NCBI GenBank assembly: GCA_016927245.1
Contig: JAFGNA010000010.1
Coordinates: forward strand, 9,894 to 73,893
Direction: 5' to 3'
DNA from: Candidatus Woesearchaeota archaeon
GTDB lineage: Archaea; Nanobdellota; Nanobdellia; Woesearchaeales; WJKR01
DNA: 64,000 nt
This document shows, piece after piece, positions 36,501-43,667 of the stretch. Positions within the stretch are counted from its first letter, which is position 1. Every line of letters starts with the position of its first letter. The notes below the pieces were generated by a model, which was given only the letters and a program-made list of their open reading frames with translations, ran no database searches and was not told the origin of the DNA. The position numbers and the translations under genes are program-made.

Positions 36501-39500
36501 CGTACGCGTACATCATCGAGAACCTCGGCGCTGACAACCAGACATTGTCCTGGTTCAACTCGTCATGGGAGCGGCGGATTGAGCAGCTGGTGACGAACGA
36601 CGACGCGTCGTACGCGCTCGAGGGATTCCCCATCAACATCACATTGGACACCGAGACGCTCATCAACGACGGACTCCTTAACGCCGATTGCAGCGACCTC
36701 CGCTTCGCAGACCAAGAAGGCACCGAGCTCGATCACTACTTCTACGATGCGGATAACGCGTGCGATGATACCGGTTCCAAGGTGCTCGTCTACCTTGACC
36801 GGTTGTGGAAGGGCCGCACGCACGCCATCGGCATCTACTTCAACAACTCCGCCGCGACGGCGGACGTCACGACGAGGAGCGCCTCGCAAGCAGTCGACAA
36901 CTTCGATGACGGCGACACCTTCCCCTCGGGAAGCGGGTATTGGAGCACCTCTTACACGAACGGCGCCGACGAGTGGTACCAGGACACCGCGCAAGTGTAC
37001 GACGGCACGAACGCTGCGCATTCCTACATCAGCTGCAACATCTTCTGCTCATTCGGCGGCGGCCGGCGCTCGTCGTTCAGCAAGGTCATCGAGATCAACG
37101 AGGAGAGCACCATCCATTGGCGTTGGTACGTGACGGGCGGCAGTGCCATCAGGTTCTCGATCGACAGCGCGCAGCAGACGAGTACCACCGCCGCGTCGTG
37201 GAACGCCGCCTCTGCCACCATCAGCCCAGGCACGCACACCATCGAGTGGGAATTCGAGGTCACCACCAACGCTAACAGGAACGCCTATGTCGACCAGATA
37301 TTCCTCGTGGGCAGCAACGCCACGGTCGGCGACCAGACGTCACAATCCACGTACGTCGCAACGCTACCCTCCAAGACCACGGACGCGAACGGCAACGCGA
37401 CGTTCTCATGGGACAGCATCGGCCAGTCCTACGGCAACTACTCGGTCACCGGGCACGCCCTGAAAGGCGCGTATTGGGGCGACAACGGGTCCATCTCGTT
37501 CTCCCTCGGCCCCGACACCGAGGAGCCTACGTATACGTCGTGGGGATTGAACGTGAGCGATGGCGCGGCCGTGACGCGCGGCGAGTCCGTCAAGGCGTAC
37601 GCGTACTGGTCTGACGACGTCCAGCTGGATGATGCTTTGCTCGAGCACAACGGTTCCGGAAGCTTCACCAATTATTCAATAACGGGGTTCGGCGGCGCTA
37701 AAGGCGACTGGGCGAACTATACCCTGAACACCTCTGACACGACTGATTTCGCTAGCATCGGCCTCGTCAACGTCAGCAAGATGTATGCGAATGACACGAC
37801 GGGGAACACGAACAAGACGACTCCTTATCATTACTTCTTCCTCTACTCGACAGCGGAAATCAATGATTCTTCCTTGAACGCCACGGCCGTCGACGAGGGA
37901 AGTTCCTTCACGGCGAAGTGCCGCGTCCGTGACGAGTACACCTTTTCGTCGTTGAGCGGCTACACCGTCACCTTCTATTTCGACGGCGTGTCCAAGGGCT
38001 CGGTGGACACGGACAGCGGCGGATGGGCGAACAAGAGCATCCAGAGCGACGTCCCGGGCGACAACGTCGAGGTGGTGTGCGTCATCGGGAACGAGACGTC
38101 CATGTATTATTACAGGGGCTCTCCGTATTCCTTGACGCAGCATATCAACATCACGGACATCTATCCTCCTGACGTGACCATCTTCACCCCTGCAAACAAG
38201 AGCACGAAGACGACGCCGACGCACGCCTTGAGCTTCACCGCTGATGACACGGGCACGCTCGACCGTTGCTGGTTGTACGGCGATTGGAACGGCGGCTGGC
38301 ACCGCAACCAGACGATGATGGACCCTGACAACGGCGGCTTCCCCTTCGTGAACTACTTCGACCCGGTCACGTTCGAAGCCGGCAACTACACCTGGAATGT
38401 GTACTGCAATGACACTGCAGGTAACATGGGCGTGATGGGTGATGCTTGGTTCATCATCGACCTGCAGCAGCCTAATGTCCAGATAACCAGTCCTGCCTTC
38501 CATGAGTTGCGGTCGCCCGGCACCCATTTAGTGAATTACACGGTGCAGCTGCCCGACCCGATCATCGGCATCGACAACTGCACCTTGTACGTCGACGGCG
38601 CGTACAACCAGACCGACCCCGGGCCTATTGAGAAGGTGGTGAACCAGAACTTCACCATCGGCTACCTCGGCTACGGGAAGTATCTCATCAACATCTCGTG
38701 CACCGCGAACAACACGCTCTCAGGATATGATACCGAGTTCATCTACATCCCGAGGATACGGACGTACGCGCCGGTGAACGGCTCGGCGGCGGAGCGAGAC
38801 CCGTTGTCAGCCATGCCTGACGACCTCACTTTCATGGTCGAGGAGCTCAGCGGCGGGAGCGACATCTCCATCACGTTCAAGGCGAACCACACCTCTCCTT
38901 CGTTGGGGGTGTTGCAGAACGAGTCCATGGGCGTGTCGCTCACGAACGCGACTGGCATCGCTTCCTCGACGTTCAATCCGGGCGCGGCATGGTTCGCGGG
39001 CAACTACACGTGGTGGGGGATGTTCACGTGGTGGCCGTCCAACGTCACGGTGGATTACCGGTGGTTCTTGCTGTACGGCTACGCGGACGTGGTGTTCAGG
39101 GAAGCGGCCTCGGGTCCTGGCGCGTCATACGTCTACCGGGAGGAGGTCACGGTGCAGGCCTTGGTGGACAGCACGGGCCCGGAGAGCGCGTCGGTGATGA
39201 ACCAGAGCTATGGCGCCAGGGCGAACGCGACGTTCCGGTCGCCGCGCAAGGAGAGCAACCTGACCTATGAGCTCGTGTTTAACGGCACGTCCTGGACGGT
39301 GACGCAGAACTCTTCCTTGTTCCGGCGCCATGGGTTCTGGAACGTCTCGTTGGAGGGTAACGTCTCGTCGCCGTTCATCAGCATCAACGACACCTCTTGG
39401 CGGACGTTCTTCCTCAACCTGACCGGGTACGGCATCCCGACCGTGCAGCTGCACGACCCTGATAATGATTCCACGTTGTTCTTCGCCGACCGCGACAAGA

Positions 39501-41326
39501 ACTGGACGCTCATCTCGTTCAACTGGACCGCGAATGACACCATCGAGGATTTCACTTACTGCAACCTCACGCTCGACGGCTCGGTGAACGTCTCTGATGT
39601 CAAGTCCTTGAATGCGACGTGGACGGACAGGAACATCAATTTCACCGGTGGAGGGTATCATTATTGGAACGTCTCTTGCTCTGACGACGCCAACGCGGTC
39701 GCATCGGACACGTACATGTTCAAGATTGTGCCTCCTGACTCGCGAGTGCAGTTGATGAACTACACGCTCGGTGGCGGCAATGCGACGGTGTATGAGCAGG
39801 TGAACTTCACCGCTAACTACACAAACTATTACAACGAGTCTATCATCGGTAATTGCACCATCAGGTTCAATGACGGCTTGTCGGATAGCATGACGTATAA
39901 CATTACATCTGAGCTGTATGAGTACGAGCGGAACATGACGTACGGCGGCTGGATATATTGGAACGTGTCGTGCAACCACACGACGTATTATGACACCGCG
40001 GTCGCGAACGCTTCCTACTACACGCATCGCACCAAGGTGAACGTCACCGCTCCTTCCAACGGCACGGCCTTGGACCGGGACGGCACTGATGGTGGCGTGC
40101 CGGACAGCGCCGTCATCTACACGCTGCTCGCCAAGCAGTACCCTGGCGTGAACATCTCGTTCTGGGCGAACAGGACATACCCTGATTCGTGGTCCGTGGA
40201 GTATCTCGGCATGAACCAGACGAACGCGACAGGCCATACTTCCTTGGTGTTCGATCCGAACAGCACGTTCTGGGCTGGTAATTACACGTTGTTCACGAAC
40301 AGCAGCCTGGCCGATCCTATGATGACCAAGTATGCTTACGTGAAGGGCACGTTGAACGTCACGTTCAGCTATGCCGGCGCGTATCCGAACGCGTCGTACT
40401 ACCGCAACTCTACGGTCGAGGCAAGGTTCAACGTCACTTCGATGGGTGCTGAGAACAGTTCCTTGTTGGATTCGTATTACCTGGATGACTCTACGTTGCG
40501 GGCGTATTACGTGTCGCCGTCGGGCACGGATGTGCGGTCGTTGAACCTCTCCTTGGTATCGGGCGATGTGTTCAATGCGAGCAGCTTCATGAACACGACC
40601 GCTGAGCTCGACTTGTGGAACGTGTCGGCCAACTACACTGAGACAGAGTATTTCTTCTTCAACCAGAGCCCGACGCGGCAGTTCAACCTGACGAAGATTC
40701 CGACGACGCTCACGGCGTGGGACCAGTACGGCCCCGAGGAAGGCTACGTTCCTGCGTACAGGGCCGAGAACGTCTCGTTCTATGCGAACTTCACGAATAA
40801 CATCACCGGTGCGCCTATCAGTATTTCTCAGAGCTGCAACTTCTCGTTCGGTGATGGCATGTGGGCGTGGGGTGCTTGGAACGCGACTTCTGGGTTGCAT
40901 GAGGTGCGTAACAAGTCGTTCGACCCGCATGGCTTGTACGCGTGGAACGTGACGTGCGGCAACTGGTTGTACCAGTACCGGTCGTGGACGGACAGCATCA
41001 GGGTGTATGCGCGCACGAACCTTTCGCTCACGGGGTCTTTGTCGTGGGTCGGTGATGACCGGCTGCGCATGGATATCTCCATCGTGAACTACGCCGTGTA
41101 TGACGAGTGGGTGAACGCGTATGGGTTCATCCCGTTGAACTTCTCGTGGTACGGGTTTTCGCCGTTCGGCCCTGACGCGACGACGGCGGTCTCTGGCTTG
41201 TTCGTCGGCAACGCTTCTGAGACGAACCTGACCGTGCCCGCGGCTGGCTCGTTGCCGTTCTCGTTCCTCATCAATCGGACGGCGCCGTATAACACGCGAG
41301 GCCTGTTCATGTTCGGCGGCGGTTAG
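27587..41326 (+). CDS. giant secreted/surface protein (4,579 aa): Ig-like repeats, LamG, DUF2341-like, sequon-dense
   Basis: Uninterrupted 13.7-kb ORF starting 3 nt after the HTH gene, with a GAGG SD. N-terminal signal anchor RRAATLLSASLILLLTAIIVAAAP. About 95-aa repeats carry D..GP.I…SG(V/I).NC(S/T)LY. LamG (Laminin_G_3-like) at ~35063-35645. DUF2341-like W.RR…FP(I)…D.RF.D..G..L.(Y/H)…(W)…I..Y(F/Y).N at ~36565-36856. N-x-S/T sequons occur throughout. Confidence 0.9.
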   Translation: MKKKQPSNKRAARRAATLLSASLILLLTAIIVAAAPPITIDIDAPEHATTGETITVNIKATVQGIPIISYHANATLAHPDGAVTRPELRDLRNGTKQLNITLTQPGDHILIIEASIGGTAQERTLTITAEEQATGSIDVTYEDYALGILSGTIIIHDAHQHIITLTSADTATGQEATICGVENCRHHCTFSCAADLDANKPYRLTANAPITGATTTTVLLPAQLQNRPTLLPQEQEAITASTDNETATALNITGNEKAYLFDNERTHPITINKGSVTLPPLPAGKYTLILTDGTALSAITVIAGSGTPSQEQPVTDPTRLTLTKDELTKAYDPYYGQAWYTATITINEEHDTLVLENETGCAARNAALWHGNKRTTLEQRNDTCTWKLPGTTGQARIEVQASIAQASITHEQLQTSIIHEQLPRAFDDHLISVSLNNQAAGTYRYVTPLPGAATPNDHPYDYAIEDQHLIWYASNEQATIPLSHGREATIPLQRVARQNDTYQYRAITNTTTAHLIIPAPYKEATITADHDYKLPEESYHYPYLIALDQPTAKQILLTTTTNHTNDTITAISKAPTMAIEGLPSQLRKQDRANLTLTTPSKEWNATPNATIRLLDREAGTVMAVHQALAHEENGTYHDQVALDLAAVTPGAYTLIATFRQGAAYATTTEEVLITGEAGGFSITPGKHVTAAKGEDVNLQHAITNLESERSLIINLDLLYELENVTATIKDDEGVKALTDNDKDGRPDTGILLPGETVIITINGRVPAWAENETKVIIKASAASQARSIEDDITITSQEDIIIPAYHDLAITGIEEEDGTVLITIINNDENDRTAMVEVTLKDKNFTDTITVPVSVRARDESVIPVQRRGIRQPYECAATLLDEEGLPYADDKQANDRRVRLFNDEWTEPYTRRAAVAIKEVRGADHDAYAIKATIDLPDDADMATMTAVKPAREGGAFTTKTLSITYLSFDDQEKRGELLIDAGLVKASTESLIYLYLNATGENSTVTVDEAAGIIIDNNDRLVSTDGTWASDYQVPGHYKADYLHDLGIGKGNKAVTVKPGDHPSFTPSTYEVYAYRPADRAFSSNAKTVIAHEDGEETITQNQRVNGEEWRYLGLYRLGDSSTIITDNEHTNGLVVFDALRLLRVDQYATTGKAETRAAHDNRSITLEEDGDERNYTFTLDMTIRAHANVTDVLVTSSHGNETVALNTTRIDDAFMTAYRAIGSEQRYTASVVAYDGNETVDLTYLEFPFRDEREHAVTKNTTLLLLQATYHYGDEEAAEDEGNATVNRTGEAENKTIKGWTTIVSGKSTTIRLPDTFEGNATNATYGVYFLMPWGNASGLNISIKGENATLSANDEGEGDFTAQFNRTWHDRTERSAYVNITILPAENITNTTEAEGEPVEAVRQEPATVGEPVRWTKYVQGEWTTRIPVSAENVALEADGELVEEEETAVIIAGKRLGLADFRELRRAELLEREADELELEKEDAKLVRKTAIALDQQDLRGQAESIKESLGVDLDDEENVTLVIDRPHDKKAIAKITYETEAPLQEEEHVGRPGLLKRVKVHSSASVHYQDVKTMTWLPETPITPRLYHVIDGRRVDVTDNKDYRVSFNDADGDGMADSASWTVPMLSEQYFEFGLATINTRKSLYRPGETAEVVIVVLDNEGHLVSGADVEVNVTEPDNTTTRYTTGSGHITETEPGIYDLSHGSTANEGRYGLSVKATKPGVENDMQSHFDVQAWYPFDILRDVPVTVDPWREELEASITVVAYNHTDSFSLKEHVPTSFLISDAGGAVVSENGSRKTLTWTGLTNGSVASYTASLPLITPTMYDLGEAKITYGNSSFTEGRPWYLAVDPIEQFTKTCLNLVTEGAVAGDNTGTCAQVATSNNTRPAGGDNALTAADNWFGTDAPAVLTETFDANTPTDANVSYAYLTIEWGTQDCGSPAYITMEVNNGTGWYTFANTCYTTPEATRHYDLSGYVTTGDAANELQIRITYGADRDGGDTTDDLYVDYIDLVINYTVAPHYNTWSLNVSNGAVVRRGTPVKAYAYWNYSDGIAESYIKHNANGTYHNYTIMPSGDWTNYTFNTPNTTMFNRVGIITAQTIYARDYDVWNQTAPTKNFKLYDDANVSDSTLTPSIINQSDNATLICKVMDYHLNSPIEDFTVYFYRDGAYKASAKTNATGWASYDAAYTTPGTYNVSCRIKDSGYYYALAGANSSYGELTVLDSSSPSVSLVSPADSSQSTNQNVTFTYTVSDTYSGIQNCSLYLNSTRNASNSTVITESGSNQINVTLPYGTYVWAVGCYDNSTNRNFKLSANRTIVVAPDSEGPVITHYLPPNTGMTYENVTFLFNVEDALSGVKNCTLILDGLDNVSNASISNGDNVSFDAYLLDDGLHSWKVRCYDDSPAENVRTSIIWTFTVGEDEDGPIITVISPLNNTVDTDGKVNITFIADDFLSGVENCSLYINDTLNQTYYAKTVLTMPFGAGSNSTFTADESGNGNDGTVINATWGSSTGYNGEGSYYFDGASAYIDIPSLAISNSPGFTIMMWVKGPPNQNDMRIFSEGSTIDHDPLFNLGTNIGGGELDIYIRDDDGTERMSHVLSSADVFDNTWHHIAWVDVGGNYQLYVDGEPDISGSYTKTAKSLDTTTLGAIRRAAVSHYFTGYIDEVELFNQSLSAEQIRAEYANVSLVEGEETIFSEDSFSEGTYAWHISCVDDSINSNVRNTSIRILYVNYDFDSPDITLVWPDNLYQDLDGELDLEYNVTDENGISNCSLYINGSYNRSDTSVTKGVSQYFSLTGLADNTYLWYVNCTDDADGENWNYSETRNFSVGPDTIGPAITLFAPSNSTTDSDGDILFTYQVDDVSSGVDSCRLYVDGVEEDSDGSITESIEQEFSFSLANGDYEWYINCTDDSPQQNIGVSETRDLTVSISYESEYDFYLPKSTYAAGSVIEPVAHLEDPGSAPIASATAYAYIIENLGADNQTLSWFNSSWERRIEQLVTNDDASYALEGFPINITLDTETLINDGLLNADCSDLRFADQEGTELDHYFYDADNACDDTGSKVLVYLDRLWKGRTHAIGIYFNNSAATADVTTRSASQAVDNFDDGDTFPSGSGYWSTSYTNGADEWYQDTAQVYDGTNAAHSYISCNIFCSFGGGRRSSFSKVIEINEESTIHWRWYVTGGSAIRFSIDSAQQTSTTAASWNAASATISPGTHTIEWEFEVTTNANRNAYVDQIFLVGSNATVGDQTSQSTYVATLPSKTTDANGNATFSWDSIGQSYGNYSVTGHALKGAYWGDNGSISFSLGPDTEEPTYTSWGLNVSDGAAVTRGESVKAYAYWSDDVQLDDALLEHNGSGSFTNYSITGFGGAKGDWANYTLNTSDTTDFASIGLVNVSKMYANDTTGNTNKTTPYHYFFLYSTAEINDSSLNATAVDEGSSFTAKCRVRDEYTFSSLSGYTVTFYFDGVSKGSVDTDSGGWANKSIQSDVPGDNVEVVCVIGNETSMYYYRGSPYSLTQHINITDIYPPDVTIFTPANKSTKTTPTHALSFTADDTGTLDRCWLYGDWNGGWHRNQTMMDPDNGGFPFVNYFDPVTFEAGNYTWNVYCNDTAGNMGVMGDAWFIIDLQQPNVQITSPAFHELRSPGTHLVNYTVQLPDPIIGIDNCTLYVDGAYNQTDPGPIEKVVNQNFTIGYLGYGKYLINISCTANNTLSGYDTEFIYIPRIRTYAPVNGSAAERDPLSAMPDDLTFMVEELSGGSDISITFKANHTSPSLGVLQNESMGVSLTNATGIASSTFNPGAAWFAGNYTWWGMFTWWPSNVTVDYRWFLLYGYADVVFREAASGPGASYVYREEVTVQALVDSTGPESASVMNQSYGARANATFRSPRKESNLTYELVFNGTSWTVTQNSSLFRRHGFWNVSLEGNVSSPFISINDTSWRTFFLNLTGYGIPTVQLHDPDNDSTLFFADRDKNWTLISFNWTANDTIEDFTYCNLTLDGSVNVSDVKSLNATWTDRNINFTGGGYHYWNVSCSDDANAVASDTYMFKIVPPDSRVQLMNYTLGGGNATVYEQVNFTANYTNYYNESIIGNCTIRFNDGLSDSMTYNITSELYEYERNMTYGGWIYWNVSCNHTTYYDTAVANASYYTHRTKVNVTAPSNGTALDRDGTDGGVPDSAVIYTLLAKQYPGVNISFWANRTYPDSWSVEYLGMNQTNATGHTSLVFDPNSTFWAGNYTLFTNSSLADPMMTKYAYVKGTLNVTFSYAGAYPNASYYRNSTVEARFNVTSMGAENSSLLDSYYLDDSTLRAYYVSPSGTDVRSLNLSLVSGDVFNASSFMNTTAELDLWNVSANYTETEYFFFNQSPTRQFNLTKIPTTLTAWDQYGPEEGYVPAYRAENVSFYANFTNNITGAPISISQSCNFSFGDGMWAWGAWNATSGLHEVRNKSFDPHGLYAWNVTCGNWLYQYRSWTDSIRVYARTNLSLTGSLSWVGDDRLRMDISIVNYAVYDEWVNAYGFIPLNFSWYGFSPFGPDATTAVSGLFVGNASETNLTVPAAGSLPFSFLINRTAPYNTRGLFMFGGG

Positions 41327-42225
41327 ATCTGGACGAGGAGTAGCCCTTTGTATTCGTGCTTGAGCTTGTCCTTGGCTTTCTTGGCCACGTCGCCGGTGGT
41401 GATGAAGAGCACTGGTAGTTTTTTTCCTTGCCCTTGGAGGTAGGCTGAGCTGAGGTCGCCGTCGTTGCATTTCTTCTTGTTCTTCGCCTTGCAGAAGTAG
41501 TCCACCCTGCCGACCGCGGTGGGGAGGGTGATCTCGAACTCGATGTCTGAGTCTTTTCGCTTGACGTCTTTCTTGGTGACGTGGATGCGTTTCTCCGTGA
41601 AGTATGCCAGGACTCGTCTGAGGAAGGGGTCGCCGGTGTCGTCTTGTTCTTTGAGGGCTTTCGTCGTGGGGGTTGGTCGCGGCTCTGCTGGTCGCTCGGT
41701 GGGGGTGTGCTGGGGGGTCGTTGCGGGCGTTGCTGCTTGAGCAGGGGGGTTTCTTGGCTGTTCCTTGGCTTGTTCGGGCGTGATGCCGAGCGCTTGTTTG
41801 ACTTGGTTCTCTGCTTCGTCGTTGGGGAGGAGGTACCATTTCCAGAAGAGTTCTGCGCCGTCCTTGGTCTTGGCCTCGACGGGGATGGCGAAGTCTTTTA
41901 TCTGGCGGAGGCACACCCTGGTGAGCGGTTCTTGTTCTTTGTCTCTGAGGACTTTCCGCTCTTTGAGGAGTTGCGCTGCTCGTCGTTCTTTCTCTCCGAG
42001 GTCGTCGAGGTGCTCTGCCATCCGGTAGGCGTGTTCTGGCACGTAGTAGAACGGGCTGCCTCCTCGTTTGGTGTTGCTGATCTTGAGCTTGCCGGCTTCT
42101 CGTAGCTCGGTGAGGAGGGCGCCGATGGTGAAGGTGTCTCCTTCGCCGAGTGCTTGTTTGATGTGGACGGGGAGGCAGGGTCCTTTTCGTTGGAGGACGC
42201 TGAGGACTGCTTCTCTGGTGAGCAT
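41323..42225 (-). CDS. winged-helix DNA-binding protein with PD-(D/E)xK-like C-terminal domain (tentative)
   Basis: N-terminal wHTH-like segments. The Pro/Thr/Ala linker is followed by …SDIEFEITL…VDYFCKAKNKKK…YLQGQGKKLPVLFITTG, resembling an Mrr/restriction-endonuclease fold. Overlaps the giant gene stop by 4 nt. Confidence 0.6.
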   Translation of the reverse strand: MLTREAVLSVLQRKGPCLPVHIKQALGEGDTFTIGALLTELREAGKLKISNTKRGGSPFYYVPEHAYRMAEHLDDLGEKERRAAQLLKERKVLRDKEQEPLTRVCLRQIKDFAIPVEAKTKDGAELFWKWYLLPNDEAENQVKQALGITPEQAKEQPRNPPAQAATPATTPQHTPTERPAEPRPTPTTKALKEQDDTGDPFLRRVLAYFTEKRIHVTKKDVKRKDSDIEFEITLPTAVGRVDYFCKAKNKKKCNDGDLSSAYLQGQGKKLPVLFITTGDVAKKAKDKLKHEYKGLLLVQI

Positions 42226-42327
42226 GGTTTTCTGTGAACTCGGCGGAGTATTTAATCCTTGTTGCTGTTCCTGAACAACATATTTTTTCTATAAGGAAAA
42301 TAAATTGGTCAAAAAAAATTCGCCAGA

Positions 42328-42972
42328 TCATGGCCTCATCCATTTAATCTCCCAGTAGCTGACGTCCCCTTCGTCATCAACGACACCGATGAGCAGCCGT
42401 TTCTTGGTGCTGTGCGCCACCCTGTTCTTCGCGGCGAACTCGTACCAGGTCAACGTGCTACCTTCGTGCACGGGGTAGACGACCCAGCGCGCGTGGTCCT
42501 CGCCTGGCTTGACGCCGCGGTCGTACACCCTGAAGTCCGCGCCGAACTTCAGCGCCGTCTTGACGATGTAGCCCCTGTTCCTCATGTCCTTGAAGACGGC
42601 GTACCTGATCCAGAATTCCGGCTCTATCCGTTTCGCCTTGGCGAGGAAGCTGGTGAAATCCAATTCTTTGTTGCGGTAGTCCTTCACGCGTAGCCGCCCT
42701 TTTTCCAGGAGGTACAGGGACTCGTGCAGCGACAGCTGGACCTTCCCGTCTTCCAGCACGACGCCGAAACGGCTCTGGGCGTAGAGGTCTCTGGCGAGGT
42801 CGGAGCTCTCCGTGATGACGCGTTCCTTGGCGAAGAGTGCGTGCACTTTCTCTTTGCGTTTCCCGTTGCTTACTGCTTTGGGGATGAGCTTGTTGAGGTC
42901 TTCCTCGTCCAGCGGTGAGGGGAGGGTGAATTCTTCTGTGTGGATGGATTCTGGTGCTTGTTTTTTCACCAT
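42328..42972 (-). CDS. endA: tRNA-splicing endonuclease
   Basis: C-terminal catalytic domain Y.VFKDMRNRGYIVKTALKFGADFRVY…H(A)RWVV(Y)…VAHSTKKRLLIG, with the conserved Tyr/His/Lys pattern. 214 aa. Confidence 0.9.
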   Translation of the reverse strand: MVKKQAPESIHTEEFTLPSPLDEEDLNKLIPKAVSNGKRKEKVHALFAKERVITESSDLARDLYAQSRFGVVLEDGKVQLSLHESLYLLEKGRLRVKDYRNKELDFTSFLAKAKRIEPEFWIRYAVFKDMRNRGYIVKTALKFGADFRVYDRGVKPGEDHARWVVYPVHEGSTLTWYEFAAKNRVAHSTKKRLLIGVVDDEGDVSYWEIKWMRP

Positions 42973-42995
42973 GGACGGTGGAAAGAGGCGGGTTG

Positions 42996-43004
42996 TTTAT
43001 AAAG
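42996..43004 (-). promoter_or_regulatory. TATA box for endA (minus CTTTATAAA)
   Basis: 24 nt upstream of the ATG at 42972. Confidence 0.6.
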
Positions 43005-43667
43005 ATTTGCGGACGTACTTAATTACTATATAGAAAATATTTTGTCCAAAAAAAAGAGAAAAAGAGCGCGAGGACGACAGCCAAGACCAGAGAACATAAA
43101 AGAACGCAAAAAAGCCAGCATAAACGCACTAGGTAGTGATACGCAACCTCCCAATATGATCAGCAGTCATCGCCCGCTCCCATTCACATAAGCCCCTGCG
43201 CGCAGGAGACGCGCCCGACAAAGACCCGACCCGCACAAAAAAAAGGAAGCGAGAATCCCCGCGCAAGACAGCAGTCTCCACGCACGCTCACAGGCAATCC
43301 TGCTGGGACTCCCGCTTCCGCTCGCGCTCGCGGCTGAAAGCAAGAGAGAAAAGAACGAAAAACACTAAACAAACATCCATGCCGGAACGCGAAGCACAGC
43401 ACTGCAAGCGCAGCAAAAGGGAGAGGGCCGATCGACACACCGACTAACCCTTAAATCAAAAAGAACGATGGATTCCTAAAAGCGCAAGGAATCCACGACC
43501 GGCCCTCAAGACCATGAAACCAGAAGCAAAAAAAAGAGCAGGGACGCCCGTCTCGATGCCATCCTCGCAGCACGCGCCACCTGCTCCTGAGAAGACCCGC
43601 AAGCCAGAAGCCGCACAAAACCAACCATAAAACAAATATCCAAACAATGCCACTACGAAAAAAAAAC

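Noticed and set aside
39125-42343. 1,072-aa minus-strand ORF, the second-longest in the track
   Set aside because: It is Arg/Pro/His/Gln-rich low-complexity sequence. It runs antisense to the 3' part of the giant gene and then straight through 41323..42225 and its promoter. This is typical of a spurious open frame in GC-rich antisense sequence. It has no motifs.
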